Made by a program: the position numbers and the translations under genes
Notes under the pieces: model-generated
What the model was told of the DNA's origin: nothing
The model's database searches: none
Seen by the model: the letters and a program-made list of their open reading frames with translations, nothing else
Source of the DNA: Eledone cirrhosa
Lineage: Eukaryota
Length of the DNA stretch: 64,000 nt
Reading direction: 5' to 3'
NCBI GenBank assembly: GCA_964016885.1
Contig: OZ024763.1
Span: forward strand, 3,658,001 to 3,722,000
Shown: one piece after another, positions 51,804 to 64,000 of the stretch
Numbering within the stretch: the first letter of the stretch is position 1
How the letters are laid out: every line of letters begins with the position of its first letter

Positions 51804-52208
51804 AGCATATAAACAATATGCCCCCCCCCACCGCAAGGTGGTCGTGGAGGTGCCACGGCAAAAAAGCACCCAGCCCACACTGTAAAGTGGACGTGTAGGC
51901 GCCACGAAAAAGCACCCAGCACTCACTGTAAATGAGGTTGGTGTTAGGAAGGGCATCCAGCTGTAGAAATCAAGCCAGATCAGTTCCTGTATGAGCAAGG
52001 CATGGTCAGCCGACCAGACACTGCCCACAACAGGACAACCCGTCTAACCCATGCTAGCGTGGAAGAACGGACGTAAAACGGTGATGATGATGATGATGAT
52101 GATTTATATATTATTTATATATATATTTATATATATATATTTATATATTATTTATATATATATTTATATATATACATATATATATTTATATATATACATA
52201 TATATATT

Positions 52209-52260
<52 letters not shown>

Positions 52261-52290
52261 CATATATATTTATATATATACATATATATT

Positions 52291-52468
<178 letters not shown>

Positions 52469-52546
52469 CATTTATATTTATATATATTTATAATTATATA
52501 TTTATATTTATATATATATATATTTATATTTATATATATATATATT

Positions 52547-52603
<57 letters not shown>

Positions 52604-52713
52604 ATTTATATTTATATATATATATATTTATATATAATATATATATATTTATATTTATAATTATATATTTATATTTATATATATATATATTTATATTTAT
52701 ATATATATATATT

Positions 52714-52770
<57 letters not shown>

Positions 52771-52840
52771 ATTTATATTTATATATATATATATTTATAT
52801 ATAATATATATATATTTATATTTATATTTATATATATATT

Positions 52841-52871
<31 letters not shown>

Positions 52872-53037
52872 ATACATGATTATGATCATCATCATCACCG
52901 CTTTACGTCCGTTCTTCCCCGCTAACATGGGTTAGATGGGTTGTCCTCTTGTGGGCAGTGTCCGGTCGGTTGACCATGCCTTGCTCATACAGGAACTGAT
53001 TTGGTTTGATTTCTACAGCTGGATGCCCTTCCTAACA

Positions 53038-53087
<50 letters not shown>

Positions 53088-54666
53088 GTGTGTGTAGAAT
53101 TCATGACAAAAGCACCTCCAGCCCACACTATAAAGCTGTTGTTGTTGTTGTTGTTATCATTATTTATGTTGTGAGTTCAAATCCCACCAAAATCAACTTT
53201 GCCTCTCATACTTACAAATCTGTTCTGTATCTACTCGCCCAGTGTCCAAGCATTCTTCACTTGCGGAGTATTGTCGAACAACTATTGTTGCCTATAGGAT
53301 AGTTCTGGCTATCGATTGATTTTAGCCCATTATTTTTCTGGTGTGGGGTGAGTGGGAATGTCAGGTAGTTTTCCTCGGTCTGGTGGCTCTAATGAATTCA
53401 CCCTTTATATTATTCTGTATATACTATTGTATTTTAATGGTAAACACTTTATCTCACATAATATCTCCCATAACATTTACATTACTCTATATTTACTATT
53501 GTAATTTCACGGTAAAAGCTTTACCTCAAATAATTATCTCACATAATATAGAATCTATGAGATTTTGATGTTATTTATTTTGAGAACAATGCCTTAACAT
53601 CAGTATAAGTGGCCGGTTACAGCTGGTTTGAAAAGAAAGACATGAGATAATTCTGACTGCATATGGCTGGTTTAAATGCTAAAGGGTTAAAGATAGAGAG
53701 GCAGCCCCCTGTGCTATCATACACACATTTGTATGCATGTTGTTACAGCTCCCATCTCATAGGGGGTTTTTCGGGCATTTTAATGATAGAGGCCAGTTAA
53801 ATACCAGTAATAGTCTTGGTGCACTTGGAATAATAAAAAAGGGAACTGAAAAATATTTGGAAAGCAGAAATTTTTTTAACTTTTGACACAAGGCCAGCAA
53901 TTTCACCAGTGTATTACTGGTACTTTATTTTATCGACCCCGTAAGAATGAAAGGCAAAGTTAACCTCGGGGGGGATTTGAACTCAGACCGTAAAGGGTAG
54001 CAACTCTATGCTGAAAAGCATGTTGTCCGACGCTCTACCGATTGCTGACAATAATAATGACAGAGACAGTGGGGGTGGGGTTTAAAATAGAATTGAGTAA
54101 AAATATTCAATAAAAAAACAACAATGAAAATATGTAAAAACATATAAAAATATAAAATAATAATAATTGTTTCTACTTTTGGCACAAGGCCAGCAATTAC
54201 CCAATGCATTACTGGTACTTTATTCTATCGACCCCGAAAGGATCAAAATAATAATAATGATGATGATGATGATGATAGTTATGATGTTGTTAATCAAAAA
54301 ATATTTTAAATATAAAATCTTACTTACTTGGAGCAGGATTGTCCACTTTTGCTTTCATAACATCTCCCCCTCTCTCTCTCTCTCTCATAACATCTCCCTC
54401 TCTCTCTTTCTCTCTCTCTCTTTCATAACATCTTCCTCTCTCTCTCTCTCATAACATCTCCCTCTCTCTTTCTCTCATAACATCTCCCCCTCTCTCTCTA
54501 AACATCTCCTTCTCTCTCATAACATCTTTCTCTCTCACACTTGTCCACTCTCTCTCTCTCTCCATCTCCCTCCCCTCACACTGTAACTCACTCCTACTCC
54601 AATCACAGTCAATCAAACCAAGTGTTTTATAAAGTGTAACCACACACACACACACACATATTGTGT

Positions 54667-54706
<40 letters not shown>

Positions 54707-55421
54707 TCATCATCATTTTACGTGTGTGTATATATATATACACATATATATTTATTTATATAATCACCGGGAGAGATGACCCCTTAGCCTTTGTCAAGGC
54801 AGAATTCTAGGAGAAGGAAAACTCTGATATAACACCTGCAACCCTGTTGGTATCCAATGATGTTGACTTGTTCTTCTTTTTGGTAAATATCATCTTGGTT
54901 AAGAGAGTGGGACTGGCTTTGTGCAGTGCCTTTGCTCACCATAAAAGCTTCACGGCACAGGCATTGCTTTATATCTGGAGATCTCTCTGCACTTGTCGTC
55001 ACATGGTACCATGGGCCCAGCACTATGTGTCAATAATTGTCTCAAGTGTAGTGTTTGTACCAGAGTTTTCAAGTCGCTGGCTGGACTAAAAAGTCACACT
55101 CGTTCAGCGCATCAGTAGGGGTTCTCCTACATGGATATAAAGTAGTGGCCGTACTCGAAAACGAGTTGGCAGCCACTATGTATGTATGTATATATATATG
55201 TATGTATGTATATGTATGTATGTATATATATGTATGTATGTATATATATGTATGTATGTATGTGTATGTATGTATATATGTATATATATATATATATGTA
55301 TGTATATATGTATGTATATATAAATGTATGTATATATAAATGTATGTATATATATATATATGTATGTATGTATATATGTATGTATATATATATATATGTA
55401 TGTATATATAAATGTATGTAT

Positions 55422-55461
<40 letters not shown>

Positions 55462-56156
55462 GTGTATGTATGTATGTATGTATGTATATATATATGTATG
55501 TATGTATATATATATGTATATATATATATGTATGTATATATATATGTATATATATATATGTATGTATGTATATATATATGTATATATATATATGTATGTA
55601 TGTATATATGTATGTATGTATATATATATGTATGTATGTATATATATATATACATACCTATATATATACATACATGCCTACACACACATATCACTGCACA
55701 TCATGTCCTTAAAGATATATATGTGTGTGTATGGTAGCACTGGTCGATATATATATTATACATGTAATAAATATATATATATACACATATATATATGTAC
55801 ATACATACATATATACATACCATACAATCATGGAAAAATGGCCATAAAAATGATAGCGATCATGATGATGATGTATATACACACACACTCACAAACGTAC
55901 ACACACACACATATATATATACATACAATCACTCACACATATATACACTTAAACACTGACACATATATATATATATACAAACACACACACACAAGCATAC
56001 ATATATATATAAATATACACATGCACAATCACTCACACACATACATACACACACACATATATATATAGACAAGCATACACATGTATATATCTACAGACAA
56101 ACACACACATTTACATATACACAATATATATGTGTGTGTGTTATATATCTATCTAT

Positions 56157-56550
56157 CTAAGGCGGGTAAAATTCCCGAGATCCATGGACGAGTTCTCTCC
56201 AGCGGTCTCTGTCCCTCATTATCGCTGCCATATCCTGCATCTCCAACAGACCAGTGTCTGTCCTTAGGGCATCAACATATGTTAACCTTGGTCTTCCTCT
56301 TCTAGTGTGTCCATGTAGGGGCTCCCAAAGGAGCACTGAGTGCAATGTCAACTCTGGATGTTGGTGAGCATGTCCAGCCAACCTCAGTCTCCTCTGTGTC
56401 ACTTTTGAGCTGACTCTTGGGATGCTCCCATACAGCTCTGAGTTTTTCATCCTCAGTGTATACTGATTAATGTTCAGAGCCATCCTCAACATTCTCGTGT
56501 AGCACCCATCCACCATCTGAGTGAGTTTCTTGGTCAGTGTCCAAGTCTCA
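56157..56550 (-). mobile_element. RTE-like LINE 3' fragment
   Basis: DGCYTRMLRMALN...RRLRLAGH...LLWEP.HG...RGRPRLTYVD...MRDRDRWR. Confidence 0.85.
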
Positions 56551-57681
56551 AGTGTTATATATATATATTGATATATATGTGTGTGTGTGTGTGTGTGTGT
56601 AAATAGGGACTAAAAGACGATCATTAGGAAGAAAAGTTTTTTTATTTTACTTGATTTTTTTTCCCTTTTTTCTGGGTTAGAAAATGTTTAAAACAAAATA
56701 TTTTACTTTGTGTGAAGTGTTAAGGTATTAAAGTTAATTTATTTATTGATTAACAATGGCATTTATTTATGGACTAAACTTCTGACTAAACTAAAACTGG
56801 AACGAACAATGAACCAAAGCCCCAAATTCCTGTTCTCTAAAGAGTTACCTCCCTCACACCCTACCTAATCCCTTTTCTTATATAAATATCCGGCCAAAAT
56901 GGCGACAAGGGAGGTCGCTTGACCACGTCTTGACCAAACAAAATATAATATTTTCACCAAAAACTGCCCTTTAAACACATGTCATTCATTATTACAATTA
57001 CTTTGACTGTTCCCTGACAACTAGTACCAGCTTCAACATAGAATTATTTTAACAAAGTATATTTAATTTGACTTGATTTTCACCAACAAACCCCGTGTGG
57101 AAATGGACGGGGGAAAAAAAAAAAAAAAAAAAATACAAATCACTAGATCCCTTAGGGAACGCAGTAAGTTCTCCACAAAACCTATAAACAACAATATATA
57201 CACAGATTTATATACAGATACATACCACATGCATATATATACACAAGTGAAAAGAAACCACACTATTTCGTGTGAGACACTATATCGGCCAATCTTACAT
57301 ACATTTGTAAAATATCTCTGAACATTGACTTCGCTTCTAACCCACATACACCTTTTAATTATATATATATATACTAGCAGATGAAAGTTAATAATTTGAA
57401 AAAATATTATTGAAAGTTTATTATAAAGAAGCAGTATCAGGAAAAAAACGTTATTTTGCTGTTAATAAACTGTTGCCTTCTACAGTACGTTTCTTTTAAC
57501 TAACGCAGCATATTTATTTGTTTACATGCGCAGACTCTTCTGTACACACACACAACATTTAGGAAAACGGAAACAAAATACACAAAAAAACACATTTTAT
57601 TTCTATCGTAATCAAGTGCGCTAAACCTATATTGTTTACATTCTGTGTTTTTCTACGGATGGGTAGAAATAACAAAATTGC

Positions 57682-59822
57682 CATGGTGATATCCATCGAT
57701 GAAGTATGCGACAAAACTGGTTATGTTCCAAATTAGAACATTGTCCAGAAGATCACATCTGCCATATCTGTACGGAACCCGAAAACTCGTTCCGTAATCG
57801 TTGGGTCGAATGTGGAACCTGTCGCATCTCTGTCTCCTTCAATGCGCCACAGGCTCCCGCAGGATCCCAGGCCAAAACAAGAAACATCATATTGCTACGA
57901 TGGATAGACTCTGGGAGATGGTCCAGCTAACAAACTGGTCCTTTCAGTGCCTGGGCTGTATGCCTGCCTCTCCCATTGCTGCGGAACAACAACAACAAAA
58001 ACCGAAGATCGTGTCTTCTACCATTGTTCCCGAACAACAACAAAAACCGACCGTCAATACGGAGTTTGAGGAAATACGGCAAATGATTTCCGCTTTAAGC
58101 CGAGAAATAGGGGGAATAAAATCAAGCATTCGTGTAGAACCCCACAATGAGGGATCTTACCGGAGTGCCTTGTTAAAAAATCTCCGCGTACCTCATGTTG
58201 AACTTAGACGCACTGAGAATGCCACTGAATCTGCAAACCACGAAGTGATTGCCATTGGTGTACCAGAAGACATAGTTGATCTTCAGGCATTTGCTGCCAG
58301 TTCATCCAAAGACTTGGGCTGTGCTCCCGCAAAGGGTGCTCTACGCCTTGGCCGACCAGGCCCGAAACCCAGGCATATCACCTGTGAACTATCGTCCAGT
58401 CAGTCTTACTAGTTGCATTGCCAAACTGATGGAATCCTGTGTCAGAGAAACACTTTGGAACTTCTGGAGCTCTCACAGTCTTATCCGGCCCTTGCAATTT
58501 GGATTTATCCCTAACTCCAGCTGCTGTGATCAACTTATCGAGTTTCTTGAGGACATCACCCGGATCACTGATGGCGGCTCATGGGTGGATGTTGTTTACC
58601 TTGACTTTACGAAAGCCTTCAATTCTGTGCAACACAAAAGGCTTATGGCAAAACTCTCTGCAATGGGTGTGAAGGATGATCTTTTTAACTGGTTGAAGTC
58701 CTTCATTCTCAGTCGAAGAGAGGTAGTCACGGTTCTGGGACAGCATTCCTCACCATATGAGATGTCATCTGGTGTACCACAGGGATCTGTTCTTGGCCCC
58801 CTTTTGTTTGTGGCATATATTAATGACATAGATGCCAACTTAAAGAATGCCACTGTACTAAAGTACCCAGATGACATCAAGCTGTACCTTGAGATAAAGA
58901 GGACAGATCCTGAACACTATAGATCTTGCTTGCAGTCTGACCTGGACATAATGCAACAATGGATCTCAGACTAGCAACTCAAGCTAGCTGTGGACAAGTG
59001 CACCACCATGCATTTTGGGAGTAAAAACCCAGCGTCCACATACTCCCTCCACAGCACTAATATCAAGAAGTCTTGTGAACGTGACCTGGGCATTACGGTC
59101 AGCAGCGATTTGCGTTGGACGAAACACGTCTCTAAAATTGTCAAGAGGGCCGAAGGTGTCTTAGCATCACTCAGCAAGACCTTTGTCAGCCGCTCTCCAG
59201 ATATCTATTTAAGGTTGTACATGGCTATGGTGCGGCCCCACTTAGAATTTGCATCACCAGTCTGGAACCCCTATCTTGCTCAGAACACTGGAAACTGTTC
59301 AGAGACGTGCAACCAAGCGAATACCCTCCATCAGGCATCTACCATACTCTGAGCGCCTTGCTTCCCTGGGCATGGATACATTGAAGCTCCGACGCCTGGC
59401 AACTGACTTGGTAAACACCCACAAAATTGTTAACCATCTTGCCAACAACAACCCTGAGTACTTTTTTGATTTCCATGTGTCTAACACACGTGGGCATGCC
59501 CACAAAGTCAGAAAACACAGTTCCCATGACTTTCGGAAACATTTTTTCACGCTCAGAGTTGCTGAAGCATGGAACAAACTACCTGCATCAGTTGTTAGCT
59601 GTCGAGACACTGCATCCTTTAAGGCCTCCATGCTTCCCGAGATCCGCCAACACTACACCTAATGTTCCCCCTCCATACACATACACACATGTATACCATG
59701 ACTCATACACTATCCACTTCCCTGACATTTGTGTATTATTCTATGTACTATACATACACCTTTGATGAGTTGTAGTGCACCTGAGCACTTTACACAATAA
59801 TTTCATTATTATTATTATTATT
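57682..59822 (+). mobile_element. CR1/L2-type LINE, degraded, ORF1 relic fused to RT with endonuclease deleted
   Basis: NYRPVSLTS, QFGF, DVVYLDFTKAFNSV, SGVPQGSVLGPLLF, YPDD, DLGI, RPHLEFASPVWNP; stop at 58972 and frameshifts; (ATT)n tail. Confidence 0.92.
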
Positions 59823-60014
59823 TTAAATGAATTACCCCCTCTCATCTCTCTCTCCCCTACCCGATCACCCTGAATTACCTCTCCCTGCATATTAACGCTA
59901 TAAAAAGGGAAAACATATTCAACCCCAGACTACCATTTGCCTCCATTATGGATTAACCATGCGCTCTTGCCATAATAACACTTTTTGAACCTCTTATCCT
60001 CAAGAACTATGCCG

Positions 60015-60672
60015 GTAAATAATATTCTTTCTTTCCCATTTCCTTATCATGTTCCACATCACCCCCTTGTTTGTAAATAATATTATTCTTTCTTTCCTAT
60101 TACCTTATCATATTCCACATCACCCCCTTGTTTGTAAATAATATTATTCTTTCTTTCCTATTACCTTATCATGTTCCACATCACCCCCTTGTTTGTAAAT
60201 AATATTATTCTTTCTTTCCTATTACCTTATCATGTTCCACATCACCCCCTTGTTTGTAAATAATATTATTCTTTCTTTCCTATTACCTTATCATGTTCCA
60301 CATCACCCCCTTGTTTGTAAATAATATTATTCTTTCTTTCCTATTACCTTATCATGTTCCACATCACCCCCTTGTTTGTAAATAATAATATTCTTTCTTT
60401 CCTATTACCTTATCATGTTCCACATCACCCCCTTGTTTGTAAATAATAATATTCTTTCTTTCCTATTACCTTATCATGTTCCACATCACCCCCTTGTTTG
60501 TAAATAATATTATTCTTTCTTTCCCATTTCCTTATCATGTTCCACATCACCCCCTTGTTTGTAAATAATATTATTCTTTCTTTCCCATTTCCTTATCATG
60601 TTCCACATCACCCCCTTGTTTGTAAATAATATTATTCTTTCTTTCCCATTTCCTTAACATGTTCAACATCAC
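60015..60672. repeat. 61-bp minisatellite (~11 copies)
   Basis: TAAATAATATTATTCTTTCTTTCCTATTACCTTATCATGTTCCACATCACCCCCTTGTTTG. Confidence 0.97.
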
Positions 60673-60794
60673 ATTGTTTTCTCTCCAATACAAATTCCCC
60701 CCTTTGATAATGCATAAAATGCTGAAACCAGTAATAGACAATTATTAAATATATAAATGAATAAATAAATAAATACATGCCATTGTTAATTAAC

Positions 60795-61155
60795 TTGCTT
60801 GCAAGGGTGGGACGGGAACTGATTCTGGCTTGATTTCTACAGCTGGATGCCCTTCCTAACACCAACCTCATTTACAGTGTGGGCTGGGTGCTTTTTTTCC
60901 GTGGCGCCTACATGTCCACTTTACAGTGTGGGCTGGGTGCTTTTTTGCCGTGGCACCTCCACGACCACTTTGCAGTGGAATGATAGGGACCCCAGTCCCT
61001 ATCATCTTATCATCTCATTTCTACAGCTGAGTAAACTGGAGCAATGTGAAATAAAGTGTCTTGCTCAAGGAAACAACACATCACCCGGTCTGAGAATTGA
61101 ACTCACAACCTTTCAATTGCAAGACCAATACTCTAACCACTTAGCTATGTGCCTC
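60795..61155 (-). mobile_element. SINE family A copy
   Basis: reverse complement of family A. Confidence 0.83.
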
Positions 61156-61765
61156 CATTATATATATATATATATATGTGCCTCCAATATATATATATAT
61201 TTATATATTGATTATCAATATATATATAGATATATATTGATAATTTATGATATATTTGCCAGCTTATTACATTGTTATTTCTCGTTGTTAATATTGATTG
61301 ATAATTTTTCAGATTGATAACGAGTTTGTATGGTGTGAAGTTGTGTGATAATTTACATGTATCATCAGTCATCATTTCATGTCTGTTTCTCTCTAGTCTA
61401 GTTTATATGGGTTGTATAGCACTTACAGTCCTTTACACACTAGGTTATGTAGGTTGGTATAGTACCTACAATCAGTGGCAAACTGGCCAGGTTTCCCAAT
61501 GGCATGTAGGCCCAGGGGCCCAACAGTAGCATTACAGGGCCAACACATTGCCTTTAAAAAATATCTGAAATCTAAGAGAAAGAATAAAATAAAAAATAAA
61601 AAAAATAAACAATTAAGCAAAGCATTTGGTCAACCAATTCCCCTGGGAATTACTAGAAACCAAAATGTGCAAGTAGTTGGAAACTGGTTGTACATTCTAC
61701 TAAATCTAAAGTTTAGTGTACTTATTCATGCATGCAAACATACATATATAGACACAGACACACAA

Positions 61766-61799
<34 letters not shown>

Positions 61800-62107
61800 T
61801 TACACATACACACGAACTACTGACCAAATAATATTTGGTATCAATAGGTTAAATACATCTGTGGTGAAGGAGGTGTGTATATGTATACACACACACACAC
61901 ACACATATATATATTGAGTGAGTGTGAAAGTCTTTGGATTTCGCAAAATAGATAATATATTTTCCTGCAAAAATTTGATTGCACTGTTTTGTTTCGACCT
62001 ACGTATTTTTTGAAAATGTTATTTATTCATTATAAAAATTAAATGATAGCATTCTATATGTAGGTGGGTCCCCTTCGTCTCCTGGCAACCAATATTTTTA
62101 GACCCAG

Positions 62108-62395
62108 TTTTAATGTGATGTAGTCATAGTGTTGTTTTGTACTAAATGTTTATAGTGTCTTTACTAGTAGACAGATTATTGCGAAAATTTACAGTATTAC
62201 AGTAAAGACTTTAATATTTAATGTGATGTAGTCATAGTGTTGTTTTGTACTAAATGTTTATAGTGTCTTTACTAGTAGACAGATTATTGCAAAAATTTAC
62301 AGTATTACAGTAAAGACTTTAATATTTAATGTGATGTAGTTATAGTGTTGTTTTGTACTAAATGCTTATAGTATCTTTACTGGTGGACAGACTGT
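62108..62395. repeat. ~108-bp tandem repeat (~2.6 copies)
   Basis: TTTAATGTGATGTAGTCATAGTGTTGTTTTGTACTAAATG... recurring. Confidence 0.85.
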
Positions 62396-62707
62396 TGTGA
62401 AAATTTGTACTTTTCAAGAATGTCCTGTTAATGTGGTTTCATGTAGTTTGTTACTTCAAATGTTTAAAGAATCTTTACTAGCGGATAGAGGATCCCAGAC
62501 CTCATTCAGTTACCGAGTTGGGTGGAACTCTTCAAATCAGACAAAGCAAACAATGTTTCCATTAGTCTTTCCATTGCTGATACTATCTACTGGTTGCAAC
62601 TCCTGGCAGAAAGAGCAATGTGAAATAAAGTTTCTTCAAGAACACATCATATCACCCGGTCCAGGAATCGAACTCTCAACCTCATGGTTGTGAATTCAAT
62701 TCTAAGA

Positions 62708-62893
62708 CAGCGGTTCCCAGTGTGGGTTCCATAGAACCCAAGGTTTCCACAAATGAGTGTCCTGGGTTCCGTGACAAAAGGTAGAGGAGTATATTTATAT
62801 TATGACCATATAACAGTATTAGACTTTGGGGTTCCCCCCAAATGTTTCTGAACCAAAAAAGGTTCCACATTTGAAAAAGTTTGGGAAACCCTG
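62708..62893. mobile_element. hAT-type MITE inserted in a SINE head
   Basis: CAGCGGTTCCCA ... TGGGAAACCCTG termini; degenerate nTCTAAnn flanks. Confidence 0.6.
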
Positions 62894-64000
62894 CTCTAAC
62901 CACTAAGCCACGTTCCTTTACTGCCTAAACATGCATATATTTCCATTGGTAATACTAATACTATCTACTGGTCACAACTCCTAGCAGAAAGAGCAACGTG
63001 AAATAAAGTGTCTTTCTTACCCAATCGGTCCAAGAATTGAACTCACAACTTCACAGTTGTAAATCCCTTTTAAAACAAACAGCTTTCTATCATAGAACCA
63101 CTCACCATTTCAGACAGTTTGTTTTCAAGCGGCCTAACTGAATTCTGTATAAGAAACTTTGCATCTTTAAGAATCCAGGTGTCTTAAACTGTATTTAATT
63201 ACAGAAGTACCTTTTATCTATCATGACATCCAAATAGGTAACTATCAGTGAAGAAGGATTATAAACCAATTGGTTTAACCCTTTAGCATTTACATTACTC
63301 TATATTTACTATTATATTTTCATGGTAAAGGCTTTAAATAATAATAATAATGAAAATTATTGTGTACAGTGCTCAGGTGCACTACAACTCATCAAAGGTA
63401 CATGTATAGTACATAGAATAATGTAAAATGTCAGGAAAGTGAACAGTGTATGAATCAAGATATACACAGAGACACTCACATGCATACGTGTGTACGGAGG
63501 GGGAATATCAGGTGTAGTGTGGGTGAATTTCAGGAAACATGGAAATTTTAAAGGATGCAGTGTCCCAACAGCTAATAACTGATGCAGGTAGTTTATCTTA
63601 CGTAATATCAAATCTATGAGATTTTGATATTATTTACTTTCAGAACAATACCTTAACATAAGTATGAGTGGCCAGTTTGAACAGAAAAAGGTGAGAGAAT
63701 TCTGGCTGGATACGGCCAGTTTAAATGCCAAAGGGTTAACCCATTAACATTTACATTACTCTATATATACTATTATATTTGCATGGTAAAGGCTTTATCT
63801 GACATAATTATTTCACATAATATCGAATTTATGAGATTTTGATATTATTTACTTTGAAAACAATACCTTAACATAAGTATGAGTGGCTAGTTACAGCCAA
63901 TTTAAACAGATAGAGGTGAGAGAATTCTAGCCAGACGCTTCTGGTTCAACCCTTTAGCATTTAAACTGATCATATTCGTGCAGAATTCTCTCACCTCTTT

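Noticed and set aside
56878-56910. TATA plus YY1-like CAAAATGGCG promoter
   Set aside because: Short motifs with no downstream exon identified

Overview
Eukaryotic, AT-rich and microsatellite-rich DNA; the SINE/LINE repertoire and (TA)n/(CAT)n density suggest a cephalopod (octopus-like) genome, which is an inference. It holds the 3' part (23 phase-consistent GT-AG coding exons, 441-25717, + strand) of the condensin I subunit NCAPD2/CAP-D2 and a two-coding-exon rhodopsin-family GPCR on the - strand (40809-36571) with a long Asn/Ser ectodomain. The rest is transposon debris (mariner, piggyBac and its MITEs, RTE and CR1 LINEs, tRNA-headed SINEs, a Helitron) plus mini- and microsatellites; most long ORFs in the track are repeat artefacts. 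The most notable observation is a set of short, non-coding, (TA)n-embedded fold-back elements in two clusters (17.5-18.3 kb and 26.0-27.4 kb) carrying type I hammerhead ribozyme cores (CUGANGA...GAAA-stem III-UH) with long stem II domains and inversion points at or inside the ribozyme. They resemble Penelope-like pseudo-LTR or retrozyme remnants. All folds were worked out by eye and none is tested.
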